Below, one piece after another: positions 36,325-45,876 of a stretch of 64,000 nt of DNA. The position numbers and the translations under genes were made by a program. The notes under the pieces were generated by a model. The model ran no database searches, was not told where the DNA came from, and was given only the letters and a program-made list of their open reading frames with translations. The stretch is from an uncultured archaeon. GTDB taxonomy: Archaea > Aenigmatarchaeota > Aenigmatarchaeia > QMZP01 > JACQNV01. Each line of letters begins with the position of its first letter. Position 1 is the first letter of the stretch. The DNA lies in NCBI GenBank assembly GCA_964631205.1, contig CAZVWU010000005.1, forward strand, positions 19,711 to 83,710. The letters are read 5' to 3'.

Positions 36325-38313
36325 GTGTTTCCTTTTGATCAAAACAAATACAACTATTACCACAATAACTATCACTGCGATTATTCCAAGCAATAGTGTG
36401 TTTGAACCTGCTGCTGGAGTTGTTGGGGCTGTTGTTGCTGCTGGAGTTGTTGTGCCTGCCGGGGCTCCTGTGGTTGGTGGAGTTGTTGTTGTCTGTGGTT
36501 GTTCGGCTGCTGCTACTGCCTCTTTCTTTGTCACAACAAATATTGAGAATCCTGGGGTTGTAGCCTTGAATTTGCCTCCGCCAAGGGATTGTGTTGAGAG
36601 TTCATTCCATTTCCCGTCTGCAAACCTTGCTAGCACAACATCTGCGGCTTTCAAGTTGTTTGTTGAGAGCTCTGCATCTGTGAGGCTAAATTCTATTGTT
36701 GCCTGCTTTACTGCAGCAGAAAGGACTGTTGAAGGCGTGACCTGGATGACTTTCACTATAGGCTGTGCTGCTGATGGCAAGGCTGTCAATGCTTGGCCTT
36801 TGTCGTCTGAAATTGGTATTTTATCAAGAGCTCTGATCTCCACTGTCGCATCGGCTACTGAGACATCTTTTGTGACTTCAACCTGTATCTTTTCGACAGA
36901 AGATTTTGATGCTACATCTGCTGGGACAGCCAGTTCAACAGGGGCTGCTGTAGTCAAAGGTGCTGTGACTGTGAGGGTTGTTGAGGCCAGGACTGTGGAG
37001 GTTGATGAAGGCGTTGACTGTGAAGTGGATGAAGTGCCTCCAGTGCTGCTAGTCAATTCGGCATATTTGATTTTGAATGTGGCTGTTTTTGTTACAGAAT
37101 TGCCTGCCCTGTCTGTTTTTGTGAATGTCGCTTTGTATTCGCCTACATCTGATGTGTCTGTGAAGTCATTCCCGCAGTTGTGGGTTACTTTGGTTCCTGT
37201 TGGCTTCTCTATTGAGATTGACTGGTCAGCTGAATCAAGGCCTGATGTGACGTCTGATGATGAGCATGTAAGGTCATCTTTGGATATGGTATTGCCTTTA
37301 TTGGTATCGGTGCTTGGCACTGTTAGGGTTGCTGAAGGGGATGTTGCGTCGTTTGTGATTGTGTATGTTGAGGCGTTCGCCACCTGGTTATTCGAGACAT
37401 CTGTGGCAAATACTGTGAAGTTGTGGATACCATCAGGCATACCTCCAAGAGAGAGTGTTGCAGTGGAGCTTGAGCCTCCGCTCGCTATTGTCATGCTTGC
37501 GTTGGATATTGTCTTGTTGTTGCCGAACCCTATGGAGAGGTTTACAGAGACTGGGTTTGTCTCGTTGAAATCGACTTTAAAGTCATTTGTTGTGTTGGTT
37601 GTGTTGGTGTTGTTGGCCCTTGTGCCGCCTGTATACCTTACAGCATTAGGCGCGATTGTGTCGTTTACATAGAAAGTGACATTTGTCTGGTTTATAACGC
37701 CGCTCCCGCCGCCATCATCTATCAATGTGACTGTCATGTTCAATGAGTTGTTTGTAGGTATTGTCCTGCCGCCTGGAACCTTTAACCTCACAGCTATGTA
37801 TATTGTGCCTGAAGTGTTAACAAGTGGAGGTACGCCCCATGCGCCTGCTGAAGAATTGACTCTTGTTGTATTGAACCATGTAAGGTTGACTAGCTGGCCG
37901 ACTGTTACATTAGTGAAGCCTATTCCGTTAAATGAACCTGCTGTGCCTTGTGCTGATGCGCTTGCATTTTTCAGAGTCTCTGATGAGAAATTACCTAGGA
38001 ATTCAAAACCCGGAGGCAGTGTTATGTTTATCTGTGTGATATTCCTGACATTGCTTGCCACATCAGTGCCTAAAACTTTTATAGAGAGGTTTAAAGTTAC
38101 GTTGTCGCCGCCGGATTCGAGGAATGTGACGTTTCTCCCTGAATCAGCAATGGTAAAAGTCTGGAACCCCGTTGTGTTTATGCCTGAAACAACGAACTGG
38201 TTGCCTTCTTTGGCAGCGCTGATATAATTGACAAAAAGAGATAGGCTTACTAATAGTACTAATGCAGAGAGTAAAATCAAAACAGGTTTTGTGGCTCCTT
38301 TTAAATTATTCAT
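36322..38313 (-). CDS. Heavily N-glycosylation-sequon-rich surface protein (S-layer/glycocalyx candidate) with the 'PGF' anchor module
   Basis: Signal peptide and dozens of N-x-T/S sites. The C-terminal domain is homologous to the C-terminus of 30241..34362 (ARFADGKWNEL...TTPGFSIFVVT), followed by a T/P linker, TM LLLGIIAVIVIVVIVVFVLI and KRKH. Confidence 0.8.
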   Translation of the reverse strand: MNNLKGATKPVLILLSALVLLVSLSLFVNYISAAKEGNQFVVSGINTTGFQTFTIADSGRNVTFLESGGDNVTLNLSIKVLGTDVASNVRNITQINITLPPGFEFLGNFSSETLKNASASAQGTAGSFNGIGFTNVTVGQLVNLTWFNTTRVNSSAGAWGVPPLVNTSGTIYIAVRLKVPGGRTIPTNNSLNMTVTLIDDGGGSGVINQTNVTFYVNDTIAPNAVRYTGGTRANNTNTTNTTNDFKVDFNETNPVSVNLSIGFGNNKTISNASMTIASGGSSSTATLSLGGMPDGIHNFTVFATDVSNNQVANASTYTITNDATSPSATLTVPSTDTNKGNTISKDDLTCSSSDVTSGLDSADQSISIEKPTGTKVTHNCGNDFTDTSDVGEYKATFTKTDRAGNSVTKTATFKIKYAELTSSTGGTSSTSQSTPSSTSTVLASTTLTVTAPLTTAAPVELAVPADVASKSSVEKIQVEVTKDVSVADATVEIRALDKIPISDDKGQALTALPSAAQPIVKVIQVTPSTVLSAAVKQATIEFSLTDAELSTNNLKAADVVLARFADGKWNELSTQSLGGGKFKATTPGFSIFVVTKKEAVAAAEQPQTTTTPPTTGAPAGTTTPAATTAPTTPAAGSNTLLLGIIAVIVIVVIVVFVLIKRKH

Positions 38314-38532
38314 GGAAACCTCTATAGCACATTATATGTTTTGTTTCGAAGATATATAAACATTATTTTGGATGGACACCTATATAAGTATTTTTATTTC
38401 TTTGCCCAGGTTTGTCCCTTTTCTTGCATTAATTAAGATTATAGTTTGCTTGCTTATAAATTTAACCTGGGAGCTTATATGGCCTTAGTCATTTTTATAT
38501 TTTATTCATTCTTACGTTAATTACTTATTATT

Positions 38533-38571
38533 TTCTAGTGCAGGTCTTTTGCAAGAGCAAAAGAAGTGCTA
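38533..38571. repeat. Intergenic element copy F
   Basis: TTCTAGTGCAGGTCTTTTGC-AAGA-GCAAAAGAAGTGCTA. The stop of 38535..40841 lies in the left-end TTCTAG. Confidence 0.75.
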
Positions 38572-40841
38572 TTATTTAGTAATATATAAGGTTCTAAGAA
38601 ATTGTAGGCTAATTCCCCTTCTTTCTGGCGGACACTGATAATGATCCTATCGCCCACTTCCAGGCTTCTATATAGCTGGTTGCCGTTAAAGAATTTTATT
38701 TGAATTTCGCTTTCTGCTGTTTCAGCGTCATCTGCCAGTGTTATAAGCTTGTTTTGGCATTCACACTCATCCACATTGCCTGCACACTCCAAGCAGGCAT
38801 CCTTTGATTTTATTGTGCCTTGCAAGGAAACAGATTTGCAGGAATATTCTTCTGTTGATCCTAAATACTCGCCCACTGTTAAGGTTTTGCTGGTTTTTTC
38901 AGGCATTCTTTTCGACAGCCTTTCAATTTCAGCCAGGCCAAGCGGCCTGTCATATACGCTTACTTCATCCACAAGCCCGCCAAAGTAATCCTTGTTTAGG
39001 CTGCTCCAGGAGCTTCCGCCTATGACGATGTAAGAGCCGTTCAGGTCTGGCTGGAGCTCTGAGTCAAGCTCCGCCTTCAACTGAGCGTTTAAATAAATGC
39101 TCGTTTTCTGGAATTCCAGAACTGCTGCAAGATGAGACCATCCTCCAGAAATATTTTCATATTCCCCAGCCGCAAACTGGTAAAACGCTTCCAGAGTCGT
39201 ATTCTGGCCTGTGTAATTTGAACTCTGGTAGGATCTTATGCCAATCCCGGTTCTATTGGCAAAAATAAGGGATTGTGGTGGTCCTGAACCTCCCTTTGGA
39301 CCGAGCAGCTGCAGGATAGTCTGTTGGCTTATATTTTTAGGCAGATTAAACCATAGGTCAACAGAAAACTGGTTCTGGTCAGGCAGCAAAAGGGGGACAT
39401 CTATATAACTGGAATTAAAGCCGGCTGCCATCCCGAACTGGCCAAGGATTTTTTTAATTTGCGGCGCCTCCTGGGTGTCATTGGTTATGGAATCTGTGAG
39501 TATTCCGTCTTCTTCGCTGAAAGAAAAAAGGTGTATCCTTTCCTTTATGTCATATACCTTTGTAAGGTCATCAGCCTTTTCATGCTGCTTAAATATTGCC
39601 ATCAGGTCTTCCTTGGACAGCCTGCCTTTGTAGATTTGGATGTCGTCTATAAGGCCGTTGAATGTGGTGGATGGGGGCATCCCGCCTATAAAAAGACCGT
39701 TCTCCCCTGAAATCTTTATCGGGCCTTTAAACTCTTTTTCGTCCTCCAGGCTTCCGTTAATATAAAGCCTGGCCTTTTCGCCGTCCCAGACAGCCGCAAC
39801 AAATAACCAGCTATTGAGGGGGGTCTCATTTTTTGAAAAAATTTCAACTCTGGCTCCATCCCCTTCAGCAGCAAATTGCAGCCTTGGAATTTTTTCATCT
39901 TTTACTAAAAGCAAGCTGTAGGCTGCCTTAAATGGTTGAAGCTGATCCTGCTCGTGGGGTTTTGCGATTATTGTTTGGGGTCCGCTCCCTTCTGCGGAAA
40001 CAAGATATATCCATCCTAGCAGCGCAAGGCCGTCGTTTATGTCTGCAGCGAAATTTTGGTTGTCATCAACTTTTACAAAATCCCCAACACCATCAAAAAA
40101 AAGTGCCTGATTCTCCACTCCTTTCATGAGCCTTTTTTCTGCTTCACAGCTGGGATAGGGATCGCTCTCGAGGTTCCCAAGGACTCCATTATTTTGATTT
40201 CCAGAAACGTCATTTATTTGGATGCCATCCAAATCCTCTTCATCGAATGCAAGCCTTAATGTCAGCATGGGTTTGGTTTCCTTTTCTACCTCAGGCCTCG
40301 AAAAGGTTGAAACATCTATAGAAAGCTTCAAAACAGCTTCACTATCGTAGATCTCTATAAGCTTCCCGTTGGGAAAATAAGGCAGCTGCAGAGTCAGGTA
40401 TGTCTCTTCCAGCTCGCCGGCGCCAAAATCAAATGCAAAAAGCCCGAGCTCAAACCTAGAGATATCCAGGACTTCCCCGTCTTCAGAAATAGTTTTTGCT
40501 GTGTAAGCGACTTCTGGGTCTAGGAATTTTTCCAGGCCCTTATTGGGCGCAGAGCCCTCGATGATCCTTGTTCCCTGCTCAACCAGTTCCCCGCTGTTGT
40601 AATAAAGCCCAATAGAATATAATAAAATTTCGTCCTCATATGATTTGGATGGCTCGGACAGCTCGGCTGGCTCAGCAGAAAACCCGCCTTCCGGGATTAT
40701 TTGGTGGCCTGTAATTTGAAGGTTATAAAGGATTAAGGCTAGCAATATTGAAACAATTGACAAGCCCGCTATCATTGCTAGTTTTTTGGATTCCATACAT
40801 ATGGCACTCTTTGCTAAACTTGGATGAAACAGATTTTCCAA
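38535..40841 (-). CDS. Membrane-anchored protein with LamG-like (concanavalin A-like lectin) domains
   Basis: N-terminal TM. LamG_3-type motifs GLIDDIQIYKGRLSKEDL and GLVDEVSVYDRPLGLAEIERL. An alternative start at MESKK (40796) is possible. Confidence 0.75.
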   Translation of the reverse strand: MENLFHPSLAKSAICMESKKLAMIAGLSIVSILLALILYNLQITGHQIIPEGGFSAEPAELSEPSKSYEDEILLYSIGLYYNSGELVEQGTRIIEGSAPNKGLEKFLDPEVAYTAKTISEDGEVLDISRFELGLFAFDFGAGELEETYLTLQLPYFPNGKLIEIYDSEAVLKLSIDVSTFSRPEVEKETKPMLTLRLAFDEEDLDGIQINDVSGNQNNGVLGNLESDPYPSCEAEKRLMKGVENQALFFDGVGDFVKVDDNQNFAADINDGLALLGWIYLVSAEGSGPQTIIAKPHEQDQLQPFKAAYSLLLVKDEKIPRLQFAAEGDGARVEIFSKNETPLNSWLFVAAVWDGEKARLYINGSLEDEKEFKGPIKISGENGLFIGGMPPSTTFNGLIDDIQIYKGRLSKEDLMAIFKQHEKADDLTKVYDIKERIHLFSFSEEDGILTDSITNDTQEAPQIKKILGQFGMAAGFNSSYIDVPLLLPDQNQFSVDLWFNLPKNISQQTILQLLGPKGGSGPPQSLIFANRTGIGIRSYQSSNYTGQNTTLEAFYQFAAGEYENISGGWSHLAAVLEFQKTSIYLNAQLKAELDSELQPDLNGSYIVIGGSSWSSLNKDYFGGLVDEVSVYDRPLGLAEIERLSKRMPEKTSKTLTVGEYLGSTEEYSCKSVSLQGTIKSKDACLECAGNVDECECQNKLITLADDAETAESEIQIKFFNGNQLYRSLEVGDRIIISVRQKEGELAYNFLEPYILLNNSTSFALAKDLH

Positions 40842-40867
40842 TCAATCTGTGTAAAATCTGTTTCGGC

Positions 40868-43852
40868 TTATTTGTACCTGGATAATAAACTTAGCATATA
40901 TTTCATGCTTACTGGGCCAAAGGTTATTGGCTCAGCTTCTACAGACCGCATCACTGAAATTTCTGTAGGCCTGATATTATCGTCTGTAAAGCTGCATCCC
41001 CTGTAAAACCCCACAACCCCTTTATCGAACTGGACTTTGATATTCCCGCTTGGATCCTTTGATATGAGGCTGCTTTCTATATAATTCTCGCTGCCCCAGA
41101 GGGCGACTGCCTCTTCTGCGTTCTTGGCGCAGTTTGGCCTTGCTGGTTTTTTCCCGCCTCCCTGTTCAGTATACTCGTCTGCCAACCTAAAGATTACATG
41201 GCCAAGCTCATGCAAAAGCCTTGAGACAATCCTGTCCTTCGAATAGGTCTCTGATATAAAAACGAGGTTTCCCACGCTAAATGACCTAAAAGGGATTTGG
41301 GAAACAACTATTGCATAGTCTGCATTAGGGCACTGTTGGGAAATGGCTTTGTTTGCAGACTGTATATTATTTACTATATTGCCTATATCTGCAGGGTTTA
41401 CCAGCATATTCCCTTGGGAAGGGACGATCCATAAATTGAATTTCTCTTTGTTGGATTTGAAAGGCTCTACGCCGAATATGCCTTGCTTTTCAGTGTCATC
41501 ATAAGATGCCCAGCCCATTATTTTCTCTTTAAACCCTGCACCATCTATGTTTCCATCATAAAGGAATGCTATATCCAGTTTGCTGCCTAGTGAGCCGCTG
41601 TCTATTATCTTTTTGCAGGAGGGTATCTTTATGCACAGGGCTGCATCGGGCTTGCACTTCTCCCCTTGCTGGCAGTCATTGTCTGCACGGCACCTTCTCG
41701 CAGCAATATTGGAACCGGAATATATTTTAAGCTCATCAAAGAATATTTTTCCCCCATCAAAGCCCTGCAGGACTGGATACAATGCAGTTGGAGGGATGGC
41801 TGTTTCTTTGCCTTTCAGCTCCCCATTAATAAAGAAAGAGGCTTCCAGCTCTTCGCCTGCTGTTTTGGCAAGGATAATTTGGATCTGCATCCACTCGTCA
41901 ACAGGCATATTGGAGGAATAAATTTCATGATCCCTGTCCCGTCCTTTCACTACAATCCCTATGCCTTTTTTCCCGAGAATTAGCGCGATAAACTGGTTTC
42001 CATTATCTGGACTATCAGACATATTAAAAATATAATTTTCCCCTTTCTCGAATTTAGGGTTCTCAGATATTTTCAGGGAAAATGTTGCTGCAAATTCTGG
42101 CCCTGTTATGTCTAGCTCTTTGCCTCGTACATAACTTCCTGTGCTGTCGAGCAGGATGGCATGTTTGCTTACACCTGCTGCCCACTTGGCCTGATTCATC
42201 TGGCCTGAGTTCCCAAAATCTGAAAGGTCAGAGATCACATCTCCGCGCCCCTCATCCATCCTCCAATCCAATACAACCTCTGCTGGATTTTTTGCAGAAG
42301 AATAAAGCGATTTTATTTCAGCTTCAGCCAAAGCTGTGTTGTAGATTTGGATGTCATCTATAAGGCCGTTGAAAAATCCATAGGAACCGCCGCCAACCAC
42401 AATGTCAAGCTTTTCGGATAAAAAGATTGGCTGCTCTTCTGAAATTTTGGCTTCACCATTGAGATAAAGTGACGAAAGGGATTCTTCATCTGTCCTTTTT
42501 GAGACAAAAACTATGTGCGCCCATCCTTTATTGGGGTTGACATAGAAAGGCTTGTTTTTGTACACAAAACCTATGCCTGAACGGTCAATAATCATCCTTA
42601 AATCGTCGGCTGAGCGCAGAGACATGATTTCTTGGGTCGCCGAAGGGAGATCCTTCGGTATCCTTATCCAAAACGCCAGGCTGATATCGTCCCCAGCCAC
42701 ATCTAACGGTTTGTCCAACACTATAAGGTCGTCTATGCCGTCAAAGGCTAGGCCTCCCCTTCCATCCCTTCCAGCAACCTTGAAAACCTGCGAGCTGTTG
42801 ATCCCTTTTAGAGTCCCTTCATTTTTCTCTATGTCTGCAGATGAGTCTTTTATTGCAGAATCCTGGAGGCTGTCAAATCTCCATTCAAGGACCGTCCTTG
42901 GGCCTACAGATATGCAGCCCACTTTCTCGTAAATCTTTTTGTTTTCTTCCTGCGGTTCTTTCAAAACATTTTCAATATCCAGCTCAATGTCTATGCAGTA
43001 TTCGCCTGAAGAGGAAAAGAACAGGCCTTCGCCTGATATTTTTTCAGCAATTACTTCTCCCGGCTTAAGGTTAGAAGGATTTAAATAGAACTGCTTTTCT
43101 GTCACTTGGATGCCATCTTTTTTTATAACAAGATTGTTTGCTATCTGGCCGGAAAATGGATTGCCAGAATTTTTCACAAAGATTTTTATTTGGAACTGCT
43201 GGCCAGTATAAGCAGAAAAAAGTTTTGCACCATCTTGGCTGGCAAAATATGCATCCTCCAGGACGATATTGGATCCCTGTTGCGGTGTTGGGGGTTCTTC
43301 CTGATATTCGCAGCCATCCCCTCTCCAAACGCCCCCGGCAATTTCACATTCTTCTTTTGCATTGCAGGCCTTAAGGTTTGAAAAGCTGCAGCTTTCCTTT
43401 ACTGCCTTCACAAGGCATGGGGCTATATCTTGATGGAAGCATGCAGTGACGCTGGCGTCATTGGAAACAGTGTCGGTGAGACCTTGGGTGCAGAAAAGGC
43501 CGCCTGAGTTTTTACAGGATTCTTTTGTCCAGCAACCTTCCAAATGGTCTGCGGAACACTTTACCAGCTCCTCATCAAAAGGCATGCAGACCTGCGTTTT
43601 TGTGAGATACCCTGCCCTTTCGTCAGCAATTTCGACCGATTTTCCTTTGAATTTTATTTCGCATGTTGTCCTGTTGATTGTGGAAAATTGCTTTTTTGTT
43701 GAGGCGTAAAGTTTCTTTGTTTCTGATGCAGGGGCGGATGACAGGAAGTAGACAGAAAGAACACCTATGATTATAACCAAGACTAGGATAGGGACCAATA
43801 TTTTTATTGCAGCCATTAAAACACCTGCTATGAATAGTTTGTTTTCCGACAA
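40868..43852 (-). CDS. Giant membrane-anchored protein with a Cys-rich region, LamG-like domain(s) and a C-terminal zincin metallopeptidase domain (M64/IgA-peptidase-like)
   Basis: N-terminal TM ILVPILVLVIIIGVLSVYFL. LamG motif FNGLIDDIQIYNTALAEAEIKSL. HELGHVIFRLADEYTE has an HExxH motif followed by an (L)ADEY motif. Confidence 0.75.
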   Translation of the reverse strand: MSENKLFIAGVLMAAIKILVPILVLVIIIGVLSVYFLSSAPASETKKLYASTKKQFSTINRTTCEIKFKGKSVEIADERAGYLTKTQVCMPFDEELVKCSADHLEGCWTKESCKNSGGLFCTQGLTDTVSNDASVTACFHQDIAPCLVKAVKESCSFSNLKACNAKEECEIAGGVWRGDGCEYQEEPPTPQQGSNIVLEDAYFASQDGAKLFSAYTGQQFQIKIFVKNSGNPFSGQIANNLVIKKDGIQVTEKQFYLNPSNLKPGEVIAEKISGEGLFFSSSGEYCIDIELDIENVLKEPQEENKKIYEKVGCISVGPRTVLEWRFDSLQDSAIKDSSADIEKNEGTLKGINSSQVFKVAGRDGRGGLAFDGIDDLIVLDKPLDVAGDDISLAFWIRIPKDLPSATQEIMSLRSADDLRMIIDRSGIGFVYKNKPFYVNPNKGWAHIVFVSKRTDEESLSSLYLNGEAKISEEQPIFLSEKLDIVVGGGSYGFFNGLIDDIQIYNTALAEAEIKSLYSSAKNPAEVVLDWRMDEGRGDVISDLSDFGNSGQMNQAKWAAGVSKHAILLDSTGSYVRGKELDITGPEFAATFSLKISENPKFEKGENYIFNMSDSPDNGNQFIALILGKKGIGIVVKGRDRDHEIYSSNMPVDEWMQIQIILAKTAGEELEASFFINGELKGKETAIPPTALYPVLQGFDGGKIFFDELKIYSGSNIAARRCRADNDCQQGEKCKPDAALCIKIPSCKKIIDSGSLGSKLDIAFLYDGNIDGAGFKEKIMGWASYDDTEKQGIFGVEPFKSNKEKFNLWIVPSQGNMLVNPADIGNIVNNIQSANKAISQQCPNADYAIVVSQIPFRSFSVGNLVFISETYSKDRIVSRLLHELGHVIFRLADEYTEQGGGKKPARPNCAKNAEEAVALWGSENYIESSLISKDPSGNIKVQFDKGVVGFYRGCSFTDDNIRPTEISVMRSVEAEPITFGPVSMKYMLSLLSRYK

Positions 43853-43970
43853 TTAAAATATAGAGTTGGACATAACTCTTTGGATTTTAAGAACGATTGT
43901 ATAGCTTATTCCAAAAAGTTATGTCATCCACTATAAGCATAGATTTATCCCTTCTATACAATATTTTATC

Positions 43971-44651
43971 ATGAGACTGGAAATCCCAGAACCCCTTGAT
44001 GCACTTTTTTCTGTGGAAGCAGGCTCTGTGGCTAATTTTTTCGGGGCTGCTGGGACAGGGAAGACAAATCTCTGCATCCTGCTTTCGCTTGACTGCGTGA
44101 GAAAAGGCGGGAAGGTAATTTACATTGATACAGAAGGCGGGTTTTCTGCTGAGAGAGTTAAACAGCTTGCTGGAAAGAATGATATTATTAATATACTAAA
44201 TAGTGTTGTTCTAATGGAGCCAAAAACTTTTGAGGAGCAAGGAAAGGCTATAAGAGGACTACAGAAAGATAAGTTTGATCTTATTATACTTGATTCTGCT
44301 GTGGCTTTGTACAGGCTGGAGCACTCAGACAGCAGCAAAACAGAGCTTTCTGAGCACAACAGGGAGCTGTCAAGGCAACTTTCGGTGCTTTCAGCGATTT
44401 CACGGGACAAAAAAATACCGGTGGTCTTGACTGCACACACATATAAAAATTGGGATACTGCTGAAGATGAAATTGTCGGGGGAGGCCCGTTAAAATATTG
44501 GTCAAAATCAATTATATTCCTTGAAAAAACCGGCAAAACTTCTGAAAGGAAGGCTACTATAATAAAACATAGGAGCGAGCCGGAGGGGAAATCTGTGAAA
44601 TTTATGATTGTTGAAGAGGGGATAAAGCCCAGCGGGTTTAAGATTTTCTAG
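43971..44651 (+). CDS. radB: RadB (short archaeal RecA/RadA paralog)
   Basis: 226 aa. Walker A GAAGTGKT. No N-terminal HhH domain. KaiC/RecA-like core. Confidence 0.8.
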   Translation: MRLEIPEPLDALFSVEAGSVANFFGAAGTGKTNLCILLSLDCVRKGGKVIYIDTEGGFSAERVKQLAGKNDIINILNSVVLMEPKTFEEQGKAIRGLQKDKFDLIILDSAVALYRLEHSDSSKTELSEHNRELSRQLSVLSAISRDKKIPVVLTAHTYKNWDTAEDEIVGGGPLKYWSKSIIFLEKTGKTSERKATIIKHRSEPEGKSVKFMIVEEGIKPSGFKIF

Positions 44652-44703
44652 GGTCTTAAAGTTTATCAATATATATAATAGATAAAAGAAAATAAAAAAT
44701 AAT

Positions 44704-45756
44704 ATGATCACTCAAGAGCGAATTAAGGAAATGGAGAAGCAGGGATACAGGTTTGTGGGAAACCATTCTGCGATAAAGACATGCCTCTGGTGCAAAAAAG
44801 CTGTCAGGGGGGAGGACACCTGCTACAAGAATACTTTTTACAACATCAAGTCATGGAGATGCATAGAGGCGTCGGTTTCTGTTGACATCTGCAACCTGAG
44901 GTGCCAGTGGTGCTGGCGTGACATAGCTTATTCGAAGACAGTTTATGACAAGCTTGACGACCCAAGGCAGATTGTTGACGGGTTTATCAGGGAGCACAAA
45001 GAACTTTTGATGGGGTTTTGGGGGAATTCCAGTGTTGACAAAAAAAGGCTGTATGAGGCAATGGAGCCAAAGCATGTCGCATTAAGTCTCACAGGGGATG
45101 CGTGCCTTTATCCCAAGCTGCCGGAATTAATTTGGGAAATCCATAAAAGAGGGATGACTTCTTTTTTGGTTACAAATGGGACTCTGCCGAATATGGTGAG
45201 AAAATTAATTGACACTCCAATTACCCAGCTTTATATCACGCTGCCGGCCCCTGACAAAGAAACATATGAAAAAATGTGCGACCCGCTTCTTGAAAACGGC
45301 TGGGAGAAAATAATGGAGAGCTTGCAGCTCCTGAAATATTTCAAAAGGTCTGTGATAAGGCTGACGGTTGGGAAGGGAATGAACCTGTTTTCGCCGGAAA
45401 AATATGCTGAGATTATAAAAAATGTGGAGTTTGACTGGCTGGAAGTAAAGGCTGCGATGCCTATTGGTTTTGCGCAGTACAGGATGACAGCGGATAATTT
45501 TGCGACACATCAGGAGATTGTGGAATTTTCAAAAAAAATTGCAGGGCTTGCGGGGTTGGAAATTATTGATGAGAAAGAAAACAGCAGGGTTACTTTGTTG
45601 TCCAGAAAAGAAAGGGTTGACAGGAAATTAACATATGACTGGGACAAGCCTGAGTATGAGGAGTTCATAAAAAACCTGCCGGAATCAGGATGCGGAACAG
45701 GCGGGATCCATCAAGAAAAAGAAAGCCAGATTATACCGGTTTCTATGTTGGGATGA
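44704..45756 (+). CDS. taw1: tRNA 4-demethylwyosine synthase (radical SAM, TYW1/Taw1)
   Basis: N-terminal GNHSAIKTCLWCKK auxiliary cluster and radical SAM CNLRCQWC (CxxxCxxC). Length 350 aa. Confidence 0.8.
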   Translation: MITQERIKEMEKQGYRFVGNHSAIKTCLWCKKAVRGEDTCYKNTFYNIKSWRCIEASVSVDICNLRCQWCWRDIAYSKTVYDKLDDPRQIVDGFIREHKELLMGFWGNSSVDKKRLYEAMEPKHVALSLTGDACLYPKLPELIWEIHKRGMTSFLVTNGTLPNMVRKLIDTPITQLYITLPAPDKETYEKMCDPLLENGWEKIMESLQLLKYFKRSVIRLTVGKGMNLFSPEKYAEIIKNVEFDWLEVKAAMPIGFAQYRMTADNFATHQEIVEFSKKIAGLAGLEIIDEKENSRVTLLSRKERVDRKLTYDWDKPEYEEFIKNLPESGCGTGGIHQEKESQIIPVSMLG

Positions 45757-45876
45757 TAGATTTTATTAATAAATTCCTCTTTTTTTTCCTGTAGAATTTC
45801 ACAAGATGTATTTTGTGATGAATTTAAATCCTGATATAATTCTGCTTTTTCCCTGCAGAGGTGAATTTAAATCCGG

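Noticed and set aside
23485-38571. Interpreting the six conserved-end elements as integron attC sites (an archaeal integron cassette array)
   Set aside because: The logic is similar: structure-conserved, sequence-variable sites at the 3' ends of co-oriented genes. But the ends do not match the GTTRRRY/RYYYAAC cores. The flanked genes are far too large for typical cassettes, several have their own promoters, and no IntI-type tyrosine recombinase is in the window. Kept only as an analogy.
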